Shown: in pieces, positions 1 through 13,143 of the stretch
Numbering within the stretch: the first letter of the stretch is position 1
Layout: every line of letters begins with the position of its first letter
NCBI GenBank assembly: GCA_976226885.1
Contig: OZ320319.1
Span: 7,006,001 to 7,070,000, forward strand
From: Iphione sp. A-MEVVRFRX5
Taxonomy: Eukaryota
DNA length: 64,000 nucleotides
Reading direction: 5' to 3'
Program-made: the position numbers and the translations under genes
The notes under the pieces: generated by a model
Told to the model about the DNA's origin: nothing
Databases searched by the model: none
What the model saw: the letters and a program-made list of their open reading frames with translations, nothing else

Positions 1-396
1 ACTTTTTGGACTTTACTGGTCAAATTCAGGACTTTTAGGACTTTTACTGGTCAAATTCAGTACTTTTAGGAGTTTTACTGGTCAAATTCAGTACTTTTTG
101 GACTTTAACTGGTCAAATTCAGGACTTTTAGGACTTTAACTGGTCAAATTCAGTACTTTTTGGACCTTAACTTGTTGGATTAATTTATAGAGAGAGAGAG
201 GGAGAAAGGGATTTCTTTTTCTAGTTTGACCCCCCTGTAGCGATCTCCACGGTTGGATTAATTTATAGAGAGAGAGGGAGAAAGGGATTTCATTTTCTAG
301 TTTGACCCCCCTGTAGCGATCTCCAATGCGGACACGTCTCAAATGCGGACGGTTTGGGCCAGAACCAAGGGTGTCCGGAATGGAGGGAGTGTACTG
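1..396. mobile_element. Right end of a Tc1/mariner(pogo)-type MITE with internal ~29-bp tandem repeats (1-~165) and a ~76-bp duplication (~175-325)
   Basis: Ends ...GTGTCCGGAATGGAGGGAGTGTACTG followed by TA (397-398); reverse complement CAGTACACTCCCTCC is a pogo/Stowaway-like terminus. Internal unit TTACTGGTCAAATTCAG(G/T)ACTTTT resembles repeats inside the MITE at 28216-29191. Left end is outside the window. Confidence 0.6.
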
Positions 397-1065
397 TATA
401 TGTATATAAGCATGTATATGCATTTCACTTAATTTGTATCCATTTCATTTTCAGACGTGATTAGCCCCCACGATTGGGGCGGGGGCCCCCATAATTGGGG
501 CCCCGGTACATGAAGTATTTACTCAAGGTAAGTTAAAATTTCACTCAGCCTTTATTTATATTATTCACTTTATTTACATTATTGTTCTCATCTGTAATGT
601 GTACACTCAACAACAGGGGGGGACAGCGGGGTCTGAATAACTGTGAACTGTGAAGGAGACACTAACGACTGCCCGCCGTGGCGTGTCGCATGCATGTCCG
701 CCTTTAGGTTAGGGGACACGGGTTCGATTCTCTGGTACGGCTTGATCGGCTGTATTATGCTCTGGTACTTTCACAACACAACAAATTGTGCATACCTTCC
801 AAATCTTCCTCTGTAAAGGGACCTCACACCATAGAGAGTGGGGTGGGGTCCTTTTTTGTGTTGTTCTATGGATGTTATTTACATTCACGATACATTAGTA
901 TGTGCCTTTTCAGATGTGTAAATTGTCCCATCGCCTATGTTCCATCTACCAACCACCTCTTAAAATGCATTACAATACCATTTCCAGAAAAAAGAAGAAA
1001 AAAACAGAAAAAAAAAGAAAAAAGAAGAAAAAAAGAAAAAAAAAGAAGAGGACGTTCCGTATATA

Positions 1066-1325
1066 TATCCAAGGTGAGAGTAACTTTAAATTATTTACCT
1101 ACTAATGATATCATCTATTCCAGGTATCCAAGGTGAGTGAGAATGATTAATGATATTATCTATTCCAGGTATCCAAGGTGAGTGGCCCGTTTTTTGTTGT
1201 TGTTGCTGTTAAACGGAATGTTGTTTTTTTATCAATGATATTATCTATTCCAGGTATTCAAGGTAAGTGGCCCTGATTTTTGTTGTTACTGGTTTAGTTG
1301 TTGTTGCTGTTAAACGGAATGTTTT
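1066..1325. repeat. Interspersed short direct repeats (AATGATATYATCTATTCCAGGTATYCAAGGTRAGTG x3; GTTGTTGCTGTTAAACGGAATGTT x2)
   Basis: Copies read directly at ~1104, ~1149, ~1234 and at ~1199, ~1300. Confidence 0.75.
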
Positions 1326-1520
1326 TTCTTTTTTTTTTTTTTTAAGAGGTGTATTCTTAAGAACTTTGTTCATAGGAACAACATGGGCTCCAATATGAAT
1401 GATGATGTTTTGTGTATGAGATCAGAACATGCTGCAGATTTATATTCGTCTTTGTATACAGATTTGTATTTGTATTTGTATTCTGACTTCATGTTTCTTC
1501 TTTATTGTCGACCACTTTGC

Positions 1521-1780
1521 GTCCTGTGCCACGGATGTCGGCGGAACGCGGACCTTAAAAGTGCCTGGCTACTGTTGCCCTGCGAGTTGGTCAAGCTACG
1601 AAAGAACGTCCTGTGCCACGGATGTCGGCGGAACGCGGACCTTAAAAGTGCCTGGCTACTGTTGCCCTGCGAGTTGGTCAAGCTACGAAAGAACGTCCTG
1701 TGCCACGGATGTCGGCGGAACGCGGACCTTAAAAGTGCTTGGCTACTGTTGCCCTGTGAGTTGGTCAAGCTACGAAAAAA
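1521..1780. repeat. 87-bp tandem repeat x3 (minisatellite)
   Basis: Unit GTCCTGTGCCACGGATG...TACGAAAGAAC starts at 1521, 1608, 1695; near-identical; explains the 29-aa repeats in the overlapping ORFs. Confidence 0.95.
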
Positions 1781-1983
1781 CGGCCCTCATCAGATCTCTC
1801 ACGAAAGTTTGAGATCAGAACTCGCTGCAAAACGGCTCTCCTCAGGGCCACCACTCTCTCACAAAAGTTTGAGATCAGAACACGCTACAGATTAATGTTG
1901 GTAACTTTGCGTCGTGCACGCACCTATTATCGTCCATCGAGTATCACCGGTATGTAACTGTTCCCCGATTAAATACAAAACCG

Positions 1984-2218
1984 GCCATTTTGATCGTTGG
2001 TCGTGGGTTGTTGTTGGTTATGGCCGGACTTGGCATTGTATCGAATTAGTCTGGCCATAACCAATAACAACCGACAACCAACGATCAAAATGGCAGCCTA
2101 CATCTCTCAGTATGGCCGATGTTCAAAATGGCCGTGTTCCCGCATGGCTGCGAACCCGACCGGGCATATCAAGAGATCACCTCGGCCATATCGAGACGGC
2201 CACTTTGAACATCGGCCA
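1984..2218. repeat. Two adjacent long imperfect inverted repeats (1984-2094 and 2113-2218); probable palindromic non-autonomous element
   Basis: GCCATTTTGATCGTTGG...TATGGCCGGACT pairs with AGTCTGGCCATAA...CCAACGATCAAAATGGC; TGGCCGATGTTCAAAATGGCCGT pairs with ACGGCCACTTTGAACATCGGCCA. Confidence 0.85.
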
Positions 2219-2394
2219 AATTGTCCGTCTACCTGCAGGGGGTACTGCAGACATCTTGACCCAGGATGTTGGTCTTTTTGATGCTAATGGTCAGGCCAAA
2301 CTAATCACTTGCATGTACTAGGCAGGTGATGAGTCATTGTAGTGCTTTCTCAGTGTGCACAGCCAGGGTAAACAGCATTTTCCTCAAAAGGGCC

Positions 2395-2835
2395 CTACAC
2401 ACCTTGATCTTTGCATGGAGGCAAGCAAGGTTGAAAAGGCTCCCATCACTTCTTCAATGGATGTAGACACCATCTTTAGACTGGTTAAAGGCATACTGTA
2501 GCAAAAAGGAGCAGATGCCGAAGAGTGTTTGAGCAAGGACACACCCTTGCTAAACACCACTGCAGATCAGGAAGGGTTCTGGTGATCTGTTGTACTCAAC
2601 AGTGCCTCTCATGTCTTCATGGCATTTTTAAGGGCTTGCAGGGAAATCCTATCCTGTGCAGTAAGGAGAAGAGCCTGCCTCTAGGGACCATGTTTCCCAG
2701 CTTTGATGACGTGGGGTGGAATGCTGTCACTTCTTGGTGCTTTACCAAAGGATAGGGTGTCAATCGCCTGATTTGAAGGGTTTACTTCCCTACACTTGGC
2801 CGTTGGATCAGTTAAAGATCTCCTCCATCCTTTAG
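2395..2835 (-). mobile_element. Internally deleted RTE-clade non-LTR reverse transcriptase remnant (copy in duplication unit A)
   Basis: Minus-strand translation gives GKAPxSDSIP and EPFLICSGV*QGCVLAQTLFGI, the RTE-type RT motifs; stops present; paralog at 34800-35210. Confidence 0.7.
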
Positions 2836-5800
2836 CCATTGTCTACAGAAGCAGCTCCTCCACCTAGTGGTGTAGTGTAGACACTTCCCCCTTATGTTGC
2901 TTGGTTATTCAGACAGTGTACTCGGGTGTGACACTTGGAGCCAACTCATGAGAGATTTAGGAGATGGCAGAGGAGCTGTGATGCCTGTCTGCCTACTATG
3001 ACACAGTTGCCAGACAACAAGGGTGCTACTTCTATCCAGGCCTCCATTCTGGGATAAGGTTATCCTAATTACATAAATGTTACATAAATACTTTTCACCA
3101 CTTACACAAGAGAAGTCATACACCATTCAAAGCTACTCAGGAGTAAGCAAATGTGGCTTGAATGCTGAAGACATAGAAGTAGGTATCAGTGGTTGTAACA
3201 TATGCAGTTGCTAACCTGGCTGTTGTAGAGGGGGCCATATTGTGCACTGTCCATGGCAGTCCTTGGCCTGGAGGTGAGCAGAAATGCTTTGAGAGGTAGG
3301 TGTCTAGTGATCATATGAGTGGGACCCTATTCCTTCTTTCGGCACAATGTATAGGCAGGGCCATTGGTCTGACCAGTCTGTAACCTAGATTTAGTGGTGG
3401 TTATTCCAGGCCACTGTAACCCGGGTGAGAGGGGGTGAGTGATGTTGCATGAGAGTATTCATACTTATCATGGCTAGTTACACACAGTACTGACATGCAC
3501 AAGCTGTCACCCTAATCAGTGTAACCTTGGAGTAAGGGGTGTTAGTGGACTGATATTGGGAGGTCACAGTTCACATTTGTCAGTACAATTCTGGAGACTT
3601 CCCTGTGGTGTTCCCCCACAGGTTGAAGCAACCTTTCATACTTCCAGTCCACCAGTGGTCAGCCCAACCACTGTAACTCTGGTACTGGGGGTTGGGTGAC
3701 ATGCATCAGAGTATACATACTCATCATGGCAGGTTGCACACCCACTCACATAAACCCATTGTCACATCTGCCACAACAACATCAGAGATTGCCCATCCTC
3801 GTTTTCCCCCAGTCTGACATTAAATAATTTTAGTTCTGGAGGGGGGCCCTGAAGACAACCATTTGTGGTGCTGGGCAAGCCAGCCATCCTCAGCATTGTC
3901 TGTGGTTGACTCAGTGACCTCTACTTCAGGACTTTGGACCCACTCTGTTGGATGCTAACTTGTGGAGCATACCAGTGGTTATCTCAGACCACTGTTACCC
4001 TGGCAAGAGGGGGTGAGTGACACCATGTGTACCTGTCACATACTGCCACATACCAGAATTGGGCTACCTAAACGGCAAGGCCCTGATGTCCCAATGCTGC
4101 AACCAGATAATGTGCACTGTAGATTAGTCTGCCATGTGCATCAGGGATTGTGTGCTTGGTGTGGTCTGTTGAATTAGCAAGGACAGTTGAAAAACATGTT
4201 GCTATTAATCAGACAACCCACCTACTACACTTTAAATTCATTCCAGACAATCTTACATTGACCCTATGAAGGCTCTGTGCTATTAAACAATAGCAACTTA
4301 CTGCTTTGGTTCATGCCTACTACCATGTAGTGTCTCTCTATGTGTTGTTCATTGGTCACTTCAGCTAGTGGCAGTTCCATCCAGGAAATGGCTGGCCCTC
4401 TGACTGTGTCTTCACTGCATGGTCATTGTTGGCTGTCAGCCCAATGATTACCTTTCATGTCAACCTGTGTGCTGTCATTGTATTTCAAACTAGAGCATGT
4501 TGTACATGTTGTACACAATATGGATCAAGCCACATGTAAGTTGCCTGTTAGAATAGGCATAATTGTCCAGCCCTCTTTTTGTGAATATGGTTGACTGAGG
4601 GCAAGAGGCCAGTAGGTTAGCTTTATATACAAATTTTAGATGATGCCCCTATCACCATGTCTTCACATTCCGATGTTGTAATCAAGCCTTTATGTATTTC
4701 TTACCAGGTATCACAATTTTATTGCTGCTCTAGGGAGGACAAGCTAAATGGCTGTGGTAGCTGGCATGCAGTTTCTTTGTAGAGGTGTAGAATGGATTAA
4801 GACTTTGTTTGAGTAATTTTGAAGTTGAAGTTATAACTGACTCAAGCAAGTCAATCTCCAGATGTGAAGAACCTAAGACTATTTCAAAGGTATATTTGAG
4901 GATACTGAAAATTTGATACTAGGTTCTGATTCTAGAGCAGCCAATTATATTTCCATTTTTACATTAGAAACATTTACAAAATTGCATGTTGCATGGTTAG
5001 CCATTTGTTATTCCAGTCCAGAACCCTCAATGCATATGATTAGTTGGCTCTTCTCAGCTGTTCATTAGTATAATAACCTTGTGCTCTTGGATCATCCACT
5101 CTGGTTTGACTTCTTACCTATTCTCAGAAGTAATTTGTGCTGTTTAGCACACTATAACTTGTATTGTGCCACTGATGAGCTTCAGCAATGCAGAATTTTC
5201 AAAGGATCAGTCTCCATCAATGTCTAATGATTTTTCTATGGCTACCTTCTTCTCAATAAATTTTCCCCTAAAAACACTTTGCAATACACATACTTCTAAG
5301 ATTCTCTATTCTAAATCTGGAGCATACCAATAGATTTTCTTTTACTTCCATAATACTAAATATTCCTTTGTTATCATAACTTTGATGCCTGTAGTGTACC
5401 TTTGTTGAAACATACATGATACAGGGAGGCATGCTTTTGATTTATGCAAATGGTTTTATTTGTAAATATGTTTGATTATATTGATCTTCCACTTTAAAAT
5501 CCTTAGATTCAATTTTCCTCTGTTGATTTTTCTCAAAAATCATTTCATCTGCAGATTCACTGTTCCTCCTACTACATTGCTTCTGTCTTATTAATTGTCA
5601 TCAAGTTAAGAGCCATATAAAGTTTCTATCAAATCTTTGTTGTACCAATTCATTTGGTTAAAAAAACTTATGTTTTTATGCATACAATAAAATCCTAAAA
5701 ACTAATTTTAATTAATTCATTGAATAAAATAGCTATAGCATTCCAAAAACTGCCCACAGTGCGATAGATTATTGACATTTCCAAAATGTTTGTATTTCTT

Positions 5801-6147
5801 TGCTATTACATAAAGAAATATGATTTACCTTATTTCATCAAAGAACATTAAACAAGGATGGCAAATGATTTCATGAGTTATTGAAGTATAACAGATACAG
5901 ACACATAATACAGGTCATGGTAAGGGTCATCAATAACAAAGAGTTCTATACAATATTAACTCACAACATTTTTGTTCTAAAAAATTTCAAAAACTCCAAA
6001 CATATATTAAATTCCTCTGAATTGATCAAATGGTAGTTCAGAGAATCAAACTTTTGCTTTAAAGAATTTATTGCTTGCATTTAGATGAGTAAATTCTCTC
6101 TAATGGTGTTCCATAGTCATCAAATAAAGCTAAAGAGATATCCTTAA

Positions 6148-8188
6148 TTACTTACTACCAATGCAGGTTACATGTCTGTTTGATGAACAGGAGAGATCCC
6201 TCCAAAAACAAGTTTCATGAGGATTTGAATAAAACATAGCCACACAGTCATGGTTTGCTCCACCATTTGGTTCACCAAGAAGCCAGATTATGGGAGATGT
6301 GAGAATTGTTCCATCATTCCAAACAAATGTGTTCTCTACAGAGATGTCATCCAGTCCAATCCAGTGATTTTTGTTTGATCTAAAAGATTATACCCCAAAA
6401 GAGAATATCAAATAATTGAAACAGATACCCAAGTTTATGTAATTAAGAGATTAATTGTATTCTTACCTACTTGTCAACATCATTATAAGATTCCTAGAGT
6501 GGATGATGTGTAACTTCCATCCTGGGAATAGGTATCTATAAAGTGTGTTTCATTGTAATAGCAATTTACAATGTTTGTCTGTATATGATTTAAACCAATT
6601 TAATTGGTCAACAGAAGAATATAGATGAGAGTTGTCAAGAATTTACATCTATGAAAAACAATTTATTAGACTACATACCCAACAGATTTTATCAGATTGC
6701 AGATGAGGGTCAATTTGGCAGTTGTGTTTAAAACTGGGAGTTGGCCACCACACATGTTTTGTGCATTAATATAGGTACGTTTCACACCTTTGTATGTAAA
6801 GCAGGTGCCATTCGAACACTTAACAGTGTCACCTGGAATCCAAGATATCAAGGGGAAAGATCATCTTTAGTGGATAAGTGCATATCTATATAATATATTC
6901 TGTGAGAAACTAACTCTTGCAAACTTATTAACATTATTCCATTAGTGATGTAAGTGTTTCAAGAGTAAACATAAATCCAAATTTGCATACAACATTAGTA
7001 TCAAACATTCTCATTCTTGCATGGTATTGTTCTGTAATAAAGATTTATTCTGTTTAGACTAGATGTGGTTGCTTGCTGAAAATCAGAAAGTCTATAATTA
7101 TAAAATGCTAAGAGAATCTCTTTATTTATGAAAGATCTAGTAGGAAAAAGGAAAAAACTAAATAATCCTTTAGCACTTTCAGTCATCCCTATGAGATTAA
7201 TCATAATATTCAACTTCTTACTGATCTCTCCATCAATTTATGAAAAGTAACGTTCTTATGCAAGGTTTGGGGAAAGATGTGGTTAAGTGTTTATTAACCT
7301 TTGAATATATCTAACCCCAGCTGAAAAGTGAAAGGATGTTAGATTTTGAAGGGTATAGTATGGGATCTCTATCCTATGGATTTTGACAAGGTTAAGCCAG
7401 TTTCACATTTACATGGTTTTTACACTTTTGTATCTGATTGCAGCAATTGTTTTACATGAAGACCTACAGAATTAACAGATCTAATCACATTAGACTGATC
7501 TTATCACCATGTGATTGCAAAAGTCCAGGGCAGGTTGGTTCTGCAAGTTTTCATGAAAACCATAGATTTCTAGAGTAGAAGACAGCTGGTATTATTATAT
7601 CGTTCATGCACTCAATGGGGGGTATCTACATGTTCAGATGTATTTGTGGTATTTCCATCTGTGTACATGTTAAACACGCCTTAGAGTACAAAAAGGTTTA
7701 GTTATTTTCAAGGGTTTGGGTATGAGGATTCATGAGGAGAGGAGGAGGTGGTTAGAAGGAATGTTGTGGAGTTTGGGGATGGTGTCAGATTGAGGTAAGC
7801 TCCCACTCAGTAATTGGGGATGATTTACAGAAAAATGTTTACTTATATGGGACTTTGCATTTTTATATATAAAGGCTTCAAGAGTAAAAGGAAACAATTT
7901 GTACCTATAGCCTGAACCTGAATCGATGATATACGCCCTATCTCTAATAATAATGATATGTACTTTTTCATTTAGAGCACAGTAGGTTATGTTTCACTGC
8001 TATTTTTCTAATTAAAGTATATATATATAACATATTTCTAATACAAACAGACTTTGCATTATTTTATAAGGTATCTGTACAGAAAGTGAGGTATGCATTA
8101 TACAAAAAATAATAAAAGATGGCTTACCAAAACTTATGCTGAAAATATGGAATAGAAGAAATACCATTCGTTCCACATGACAGTGCAT
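6148..8188 (-). CDS. Secreted single-domain C-type lectin, copy A (148 aa, EPN motif); coding exons 8188-8128, 6832-6679, 6379-6148
   Basis: GT-AG introns with compatible phases (1, 2); signal peptide-like MHCHVERMVFLLFHIFSISF; WIGLDD, FVWNDG, GEPNGG, DC, WRD, final C; total 447 nt open; upstream non-coding-exon donor GTGAGT at 8375-8370. Confidence 0.88.
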
Positions 8189-11100
8189 TTTGACTATCTA
8201 TTCTACCAAAGAAAAGAGAGCCTCATACAATAAATCTGTGGAGTAATCCCTTTGTAGATGTACCTTAAATGAAACAGTTATTTTAAATTGAAATTACTAT
8301 CCTTTCATGTAGACCATTTAATTATATCTAAAAAGAGAAATATGATACTGAGGCTAACCACTCTGTGACACTCACCTTGACCTCCATGGCACTAACAACC
8401 GTCTAGCTACTTCTTTTATATCAGTTATATGAGAAGGCACTCAATCCATGAATAGAAAGGTATGATTTGCAATATTCATTAGTTAGCAACTTTCAGGACA
8501 ATATACCATCTCCTAACACTATTGGTACATATGATCAATTTTAAATATAGCATCCATGGCCTAACAAACAAGGCAGTGACCATTATGGCATGACGAATTC
8601 TATTGCTAATAACATCACAGGTTAACAGATAAAAGGTCTTTTATCAGATGAATGCACATGTACTTGAAAGCTATCAATCTATAAATATTCCCATGAAATA
8701 TTCACTTCCCAACTTACAGCATAAGTAATACTGCATAACTCACTCGAAGTGTATTGGTAATAATGTGCTCATTGTGATAAAAGGTTTAAAATGATTGTCA
8801 ATGTCATTTATCATACACACATTTTAGACAAACTAGAAAATAGATGAATTAAAAACATATACTTGTCAACATGACACAAATTACTCCAATATATATACAG
8901 ATAATTAAATTCTATTCAAAGCTCAACATATTGATACAAATTATACATGAATTTGAGGATATGAAGCTTTGAATTTTACTAAAATGTGTAATAATGAATC
9001 TAGAGGCAGGAATATGGTTACCTATTATCTGGAACATGTATTTCAAGACCAGAAATTTAGTCCTCGAATTAATTCATTCAAAGGTGGAACTGACATGATA
9101 CATAGTATCATGGGTTTCCCTAATGTATTCTGGAAAGAGGTTGAAGAATGTCTTCATTGTTTTGAGGGGATGTGGCTTCAACCAATATAGTCTTATGAGG
9201 TCTGGTAAGGGAAATGTTTCACTGCAGTTACTTCTGCAGCAGTAATAAAGTGACAGGGCAGAGGAATATGCTTCAAGGATGATGGTTTTTTGGCAGTAAG
9301 AATTATCAGATCATTCATATCTTTGAGGCCATTGGAGAAGTGGCTAGCTATAGTGTAACTTTTCCTATGATACTGAATACAACAGGCAAAGATAAACAGT
9401 AAAGATGTGTTGTGGCTAGCCATGTGTAATTTTGTCTCCTAGATATGTATGATGGGCCCATGCAGGTGTCATATTCCAGATGAAGTATATTTTTATCCTG
9501 ATTTTCCTCCTCTTTTAAGAATAGTGCCCTAAGTACATGTGACAAAATTAACAAAACGGGTCATAACATAAGATTACAATAGCATACAAAACACATTTCA
9601 CAACATTTCAAATGTATTATACAATGAATTAAAATCTGTCACACTGAACCTTCATCTATATCTACTAAGACAGAAGCCAGAATATCACAAGGATCATGGC
9701 ATACTCTTATTGAATTTAGTGAGTGAAGGAAGTTAGTATATCTGAGCATGTCTTAAAAGAAAAATGACATTGTGATGTTTTCATGGATAAAGGCCTCTTT
9801 TAAGGTCAATGCGTGATTTAGAAAATGTGGTCAATCACCTTAGTGAACAAAGTAGAAGAAAGTATTAGGCAGTACCACAACCAGGTATTCTAGTGAGCTG
9901 TACTCTGTGAACTTTATGGCTAATAAGTGGTTGTGGCAGTCTACAATATAAGCAGTAAAATATAGAATAGCAATATGCATAGACCTTATAAATTTACTTT
10001 TTCAAGGAGTATATGATAAGATAGTATGGACGTTTATCACAATATTGTACTTTAAAGTCGAAAATCCAATCAATCAAATCCACCTACTTCAAGATTGTCT
10101 ATGCCTGACTTAATGTCTTGACATAAAATGTCAAGACATAAAATGTCAAGACATAAAAAATGTGGCATTCCAATTTGGCTACTTGATGAAAAAGACCTCA
10201 TGACAATAGAATTTTCCTAATTACTTTTTATTAGTTATTACTTTTACAAGTGCTTTTTACTTGCTATGATCATTTACAATGTGGCTGTTATCATTGCTCT
10301 CTGAGACGTGAAGCAAGAAATTTGACCAAAATTCTTTCAGATATTTCCTCCCTGTGTATGTACCATGTGTCATTACAACCTGTCATTGCAATAGATTAAC
10401 ATGCTTTGCCACACTTGATTTTGATTATAATTATTGGGTTGATCCTTTCTCCAAAGAGTAGGAGATATTAGGTTTGTTCTATCATTCCACTTGAAGACCA
10501 AATAGTAATTGATTTCACATGAGTATGGTTTTAAGTGAAAACCAGAAAAATTTCCTTCATGTGGTTTGTGGCATTTTGTATCATGGATCAATTCAGTTTA
10601 TTACAATGGTTCCAGATTTAATGATAACATATTAATGTGTTGCAATGACCATAGGAATTCATACTCTACATCTTTGATATGTCCACACATTGTATTCAAT
10701 TTTTGTGTGTAAGAAGAACTTGGAAACTACTACTTCAGAGGAATTTGCATTTATGTTTATTTGTGTAACTTTTCTTTTGAGTATAGCACAATGCATCATA
10801 TTCCTTTATCTGATAAGTAAGATGCAAAAGATACATACCAGCATGTCTAGTCAGAAACAGTACTAAATTTGAAAATGTACTAATGCATTGATATTAACAG
10901 TAAATATGTTAAGCAATGGAAGTTAAAACATGTATATATAAAAAAATGTGTGTTTTTTCATCAGACACCATACTCAAAGTTTTTTGAAAAATTGTTATAT
11001 GTCATTTCATATGTCTATTTTATATAAAACAGACCTGGCCAAAGAAGGAGAAATGTATGTCTGGCCGTTTGGTATGGTCGGTATGAGGTAGACAGGTAGG

Positions 11101-11501
11101 GTCGCACCGCTCTGTAATGTTAGCAATGGTACTTTTAAAGAAATACAATGGTTATACTAAATTGTGAAATAATGTTGTCTTATGTGATCGTGCTCACTGC
11201 GGTATGTTAAATTTTGAGGAAAATACATTTTTAAGGTGGTATAAAAGGATTTTATTTGCCGTGCACAGTGGTGAGTGATATTGGGTGTATATTTACAGTT
11301 GGCATCTCCTCAGTGCTGAACATCCACCGTTCGGTTGTATGAACAGTATTTATTCCATGTTACTCTGCAAGTATTTGGTGATATTGTGAGGTATTGTCTA
11401 CAAGCGCCTGGTGGTATACGTTAGAAGATTTAAATTGGTCCTACTGCATAAAAAAGATTGTTATTTTTCGAATCAGGGTTGGTTACAATTCTATATTTAG
11501 A

Positions 11502-13049
11502 ATGGCAGACCATAATATGACCTGTGTGCGTTCTACCATAGTGGCTGAGGGAGGGGGTGGCCAGCCGAACATAGCTGAAATTGAACCAACAGATTCGAGT
11601 ACCGGTGGTCAAACCGTATCGGTCGGAGGTTCAGATCAGACGGTACCAGGGAAGACTACGGATGGTAATACCTGTAACCTAATTGGAACTGATCAGACAG
11701 ATTCCACCAGCAAAGGTAAACAAATTTCTATTAAATCATTTTTTATAAGCCCTGCTATAAGTGGCGATGCTCAGAGGAGTAGTTCAAAAAGGAAGAAGGA
11801 AAACAGCCCTAATACAGAGGGGGTGGTAGATGCCAAAAAAGGTACATTGCAACGTCAAATGAATGCACTAATGGCTGAAATAATTAAAAATAGAGAACTA
11901 TTCTCGAGTGAGGCCAAGAAAATAAATGAAAATGTTTCATCCCTGAGTAGTAAAGTTGAAAGCTGTACCACCGGTCTCACTGAACAAAAAGAGCGTATAG
12001 TTCTATTAGAGTCATCTGTAGCAGAATTACAAAAAGAGAATGCCGCTCTACGAAATGAATTGAATGGTTACGTAACACACAAATCAGACACTGTTGAAAT
12101 ACTAGATCGCAAGAGTAGAAAAAATAACATGTTTATTGACGGTTTGAACCTAAATGAAGGGGATGATGTATTGCAAACTGTTTTGTTATTATTTGATTCA
12201 TTAGGTGTGGATGTTGTTGAGGACGACATTGATGAGATTTATCAAACTCGTCGCAAAAATAAGAAAGGCGTCCCACTGATTTTTGTAAAATTCCTACGAA
12301 GCACTACTAAGGACAAAGTTCTAAAAGAGAAAAGGAAGCTGAAAGGTAAACATATTTGGTTAAATGCAGACTTGACACAGCTACAACGTGAGACACAAGT
12401 CAAATTTAAAAAGATAATGTTACATGTACAGTCAGCATATCCAGATTTGAATGTAGCTGTCAGTGGTGATCGACTACTTTTGGGTGAGACCTGGTATGAC
12501 TCAAACACTCAAGGCAAAATACCTGAACAGTACTTGTCGTGTCTAAATACAGAACAACATCAGAAAGATGAGGTACTCGTACTTGCAGGCAAGGGTTCGG
12601 TAATGTCAAACCTTTACCCGTGCACAGTGTCTTGGGATAAATTAGAGTTTGCGAGTGTTGAGCAGGCTTACACTTACAGTAAAGCTAAAGCAGCTGGTAT
12701 TCAGTCCAAAGTAGCTCTATCAACCCACACGACAGACTATCAGTCGTTAAAAACAATCAGGAAAGATCTTCCTAACATAACTGGCTGGGAAGAGTTGAAG
12801 GTAGAGATCATGGATGAACTTGTGTACTCAAAATTTTCTGTCAATGCAGAGTTCAAGGAGTTATTACTGAGTACTGGTGAGAAACTTCTATTAGAAGCTA
12901 CAAAAAACTCGTTCTGGGGGGCCAATGCAACAAGAAGGTCCAAAGAAACTAAGCTGGGTACCTACACTGGAAAGAATGAAATGGGCAAATCTTTAATGCG
13001 GGTGCGGTCTAGACTCCGTGGGGATATGGAGTTTGATACCCAGGAGTAG
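11502..13049 (+). CDS. LINE-1-type ORF1 protein (515 aa): PIP box, NLS, coiled coil, RRM/CTD, C-terminal NADAR/YbiA-like domain (~12573-13020)
   Basis: Intact ORF; ATG 11502 chosen because its context CTATATTTAGnATGGCAG is shared with element 2; RKNNMFIDGL...IFVKF...IWLNADLT is the L1-type RRM/CTD signature; SNLYP, VEQAY, W..LKVEIM, KF, LLLSTG..LLEAT..SFWG, GKNEMGKSLMRVR match the NADAR pattern. Confidence 0.85.
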   Translation: MADHNMTCVRSTIVAEGGGGQPNIAEIEPTDSSTGGQTVSVGGSDQTVPGKTTDGNTCNLIGTDQTDSTSKGKQISIKSFFISPAISGDAQRSSSKRKKENSPNTEGVVDAKKGTLQRQMNALMAEIIKNRELFSSEAKKINENVSSLSSKVESCTTGLTEQKERIVLLESSVAELQKENAALRNELNGYVTHKSDTVEILDRKSRKNNMFIDGLNLNEGDDVLQTVLLLFDSLGVDVVEDDIDEIYQTRRKNKKGVPLIFVKFLRSTTKDKVLKEKRKLKGKHIWLNADLTQLQRETQVKFKKIMLHVQSAYPDLNVAVSGDRLLLGETWYDSNTQGKIPEQYLSCLNTEQHQKDEVLVLAGKGSVMSNLYPCTVSWDKLEFASVEQAYTYSKAKAAGIQSKVALSTHTTDYQSLKTIRKDLPNITGWEELKVEIMDELVYSKFSVNAEFKELLLSTGEKLLLEATKNSFWGANATRRSKETKLGTYTGKNEMGKSLMRVRSRLRGDMEFDTQE

Positions 13050-13143
13050 ATTGTGACTTACCATTTGTTGAATCACTAAATACTATTGAATTACCTACTT
13101 GTGATATTTTACAGATTAAACTGCTAACAACCACAAAGGAAGA

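Larger units (their letters stand above)
2395..10375. repeat. Segmental duplication unit A (paralogous to ~34800-43471; the 4700-8900 part also to ~44250-52050)
   Basis: Long colinear identity read directly, e.g. 4201 region vs 36661 region, 9541-9780 vs 42571-42810; similarity stops at TCATTACAACC (10380 vs 43471). Confidence 0.95.

Noticed and set aside
786-1136. Lys/Arg-rich ORFs
   Set aside because: Produced by a poly-A/GAA purine tract (~988-1048).
1521-1780. 87-bp repeats as a CRISPR array or a real repeat protein (ORFs 1383-1895, 1429-1812, 1502-1768)
   Set aside because: Units are contiguous with no unique spacers, no cas genes, eukaryotic context; three frames are open simply because the unit is a multiple of 3.
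6150-6156. Further downstream lectin exons via the GTRAGT overlapping ...GS[KE]* (present in all three copies)
   Set aside because: The CTLD is complete with a conserved stop two codons later and no downstream coding exon was found; alternative splicing is not excluded without cDNA.
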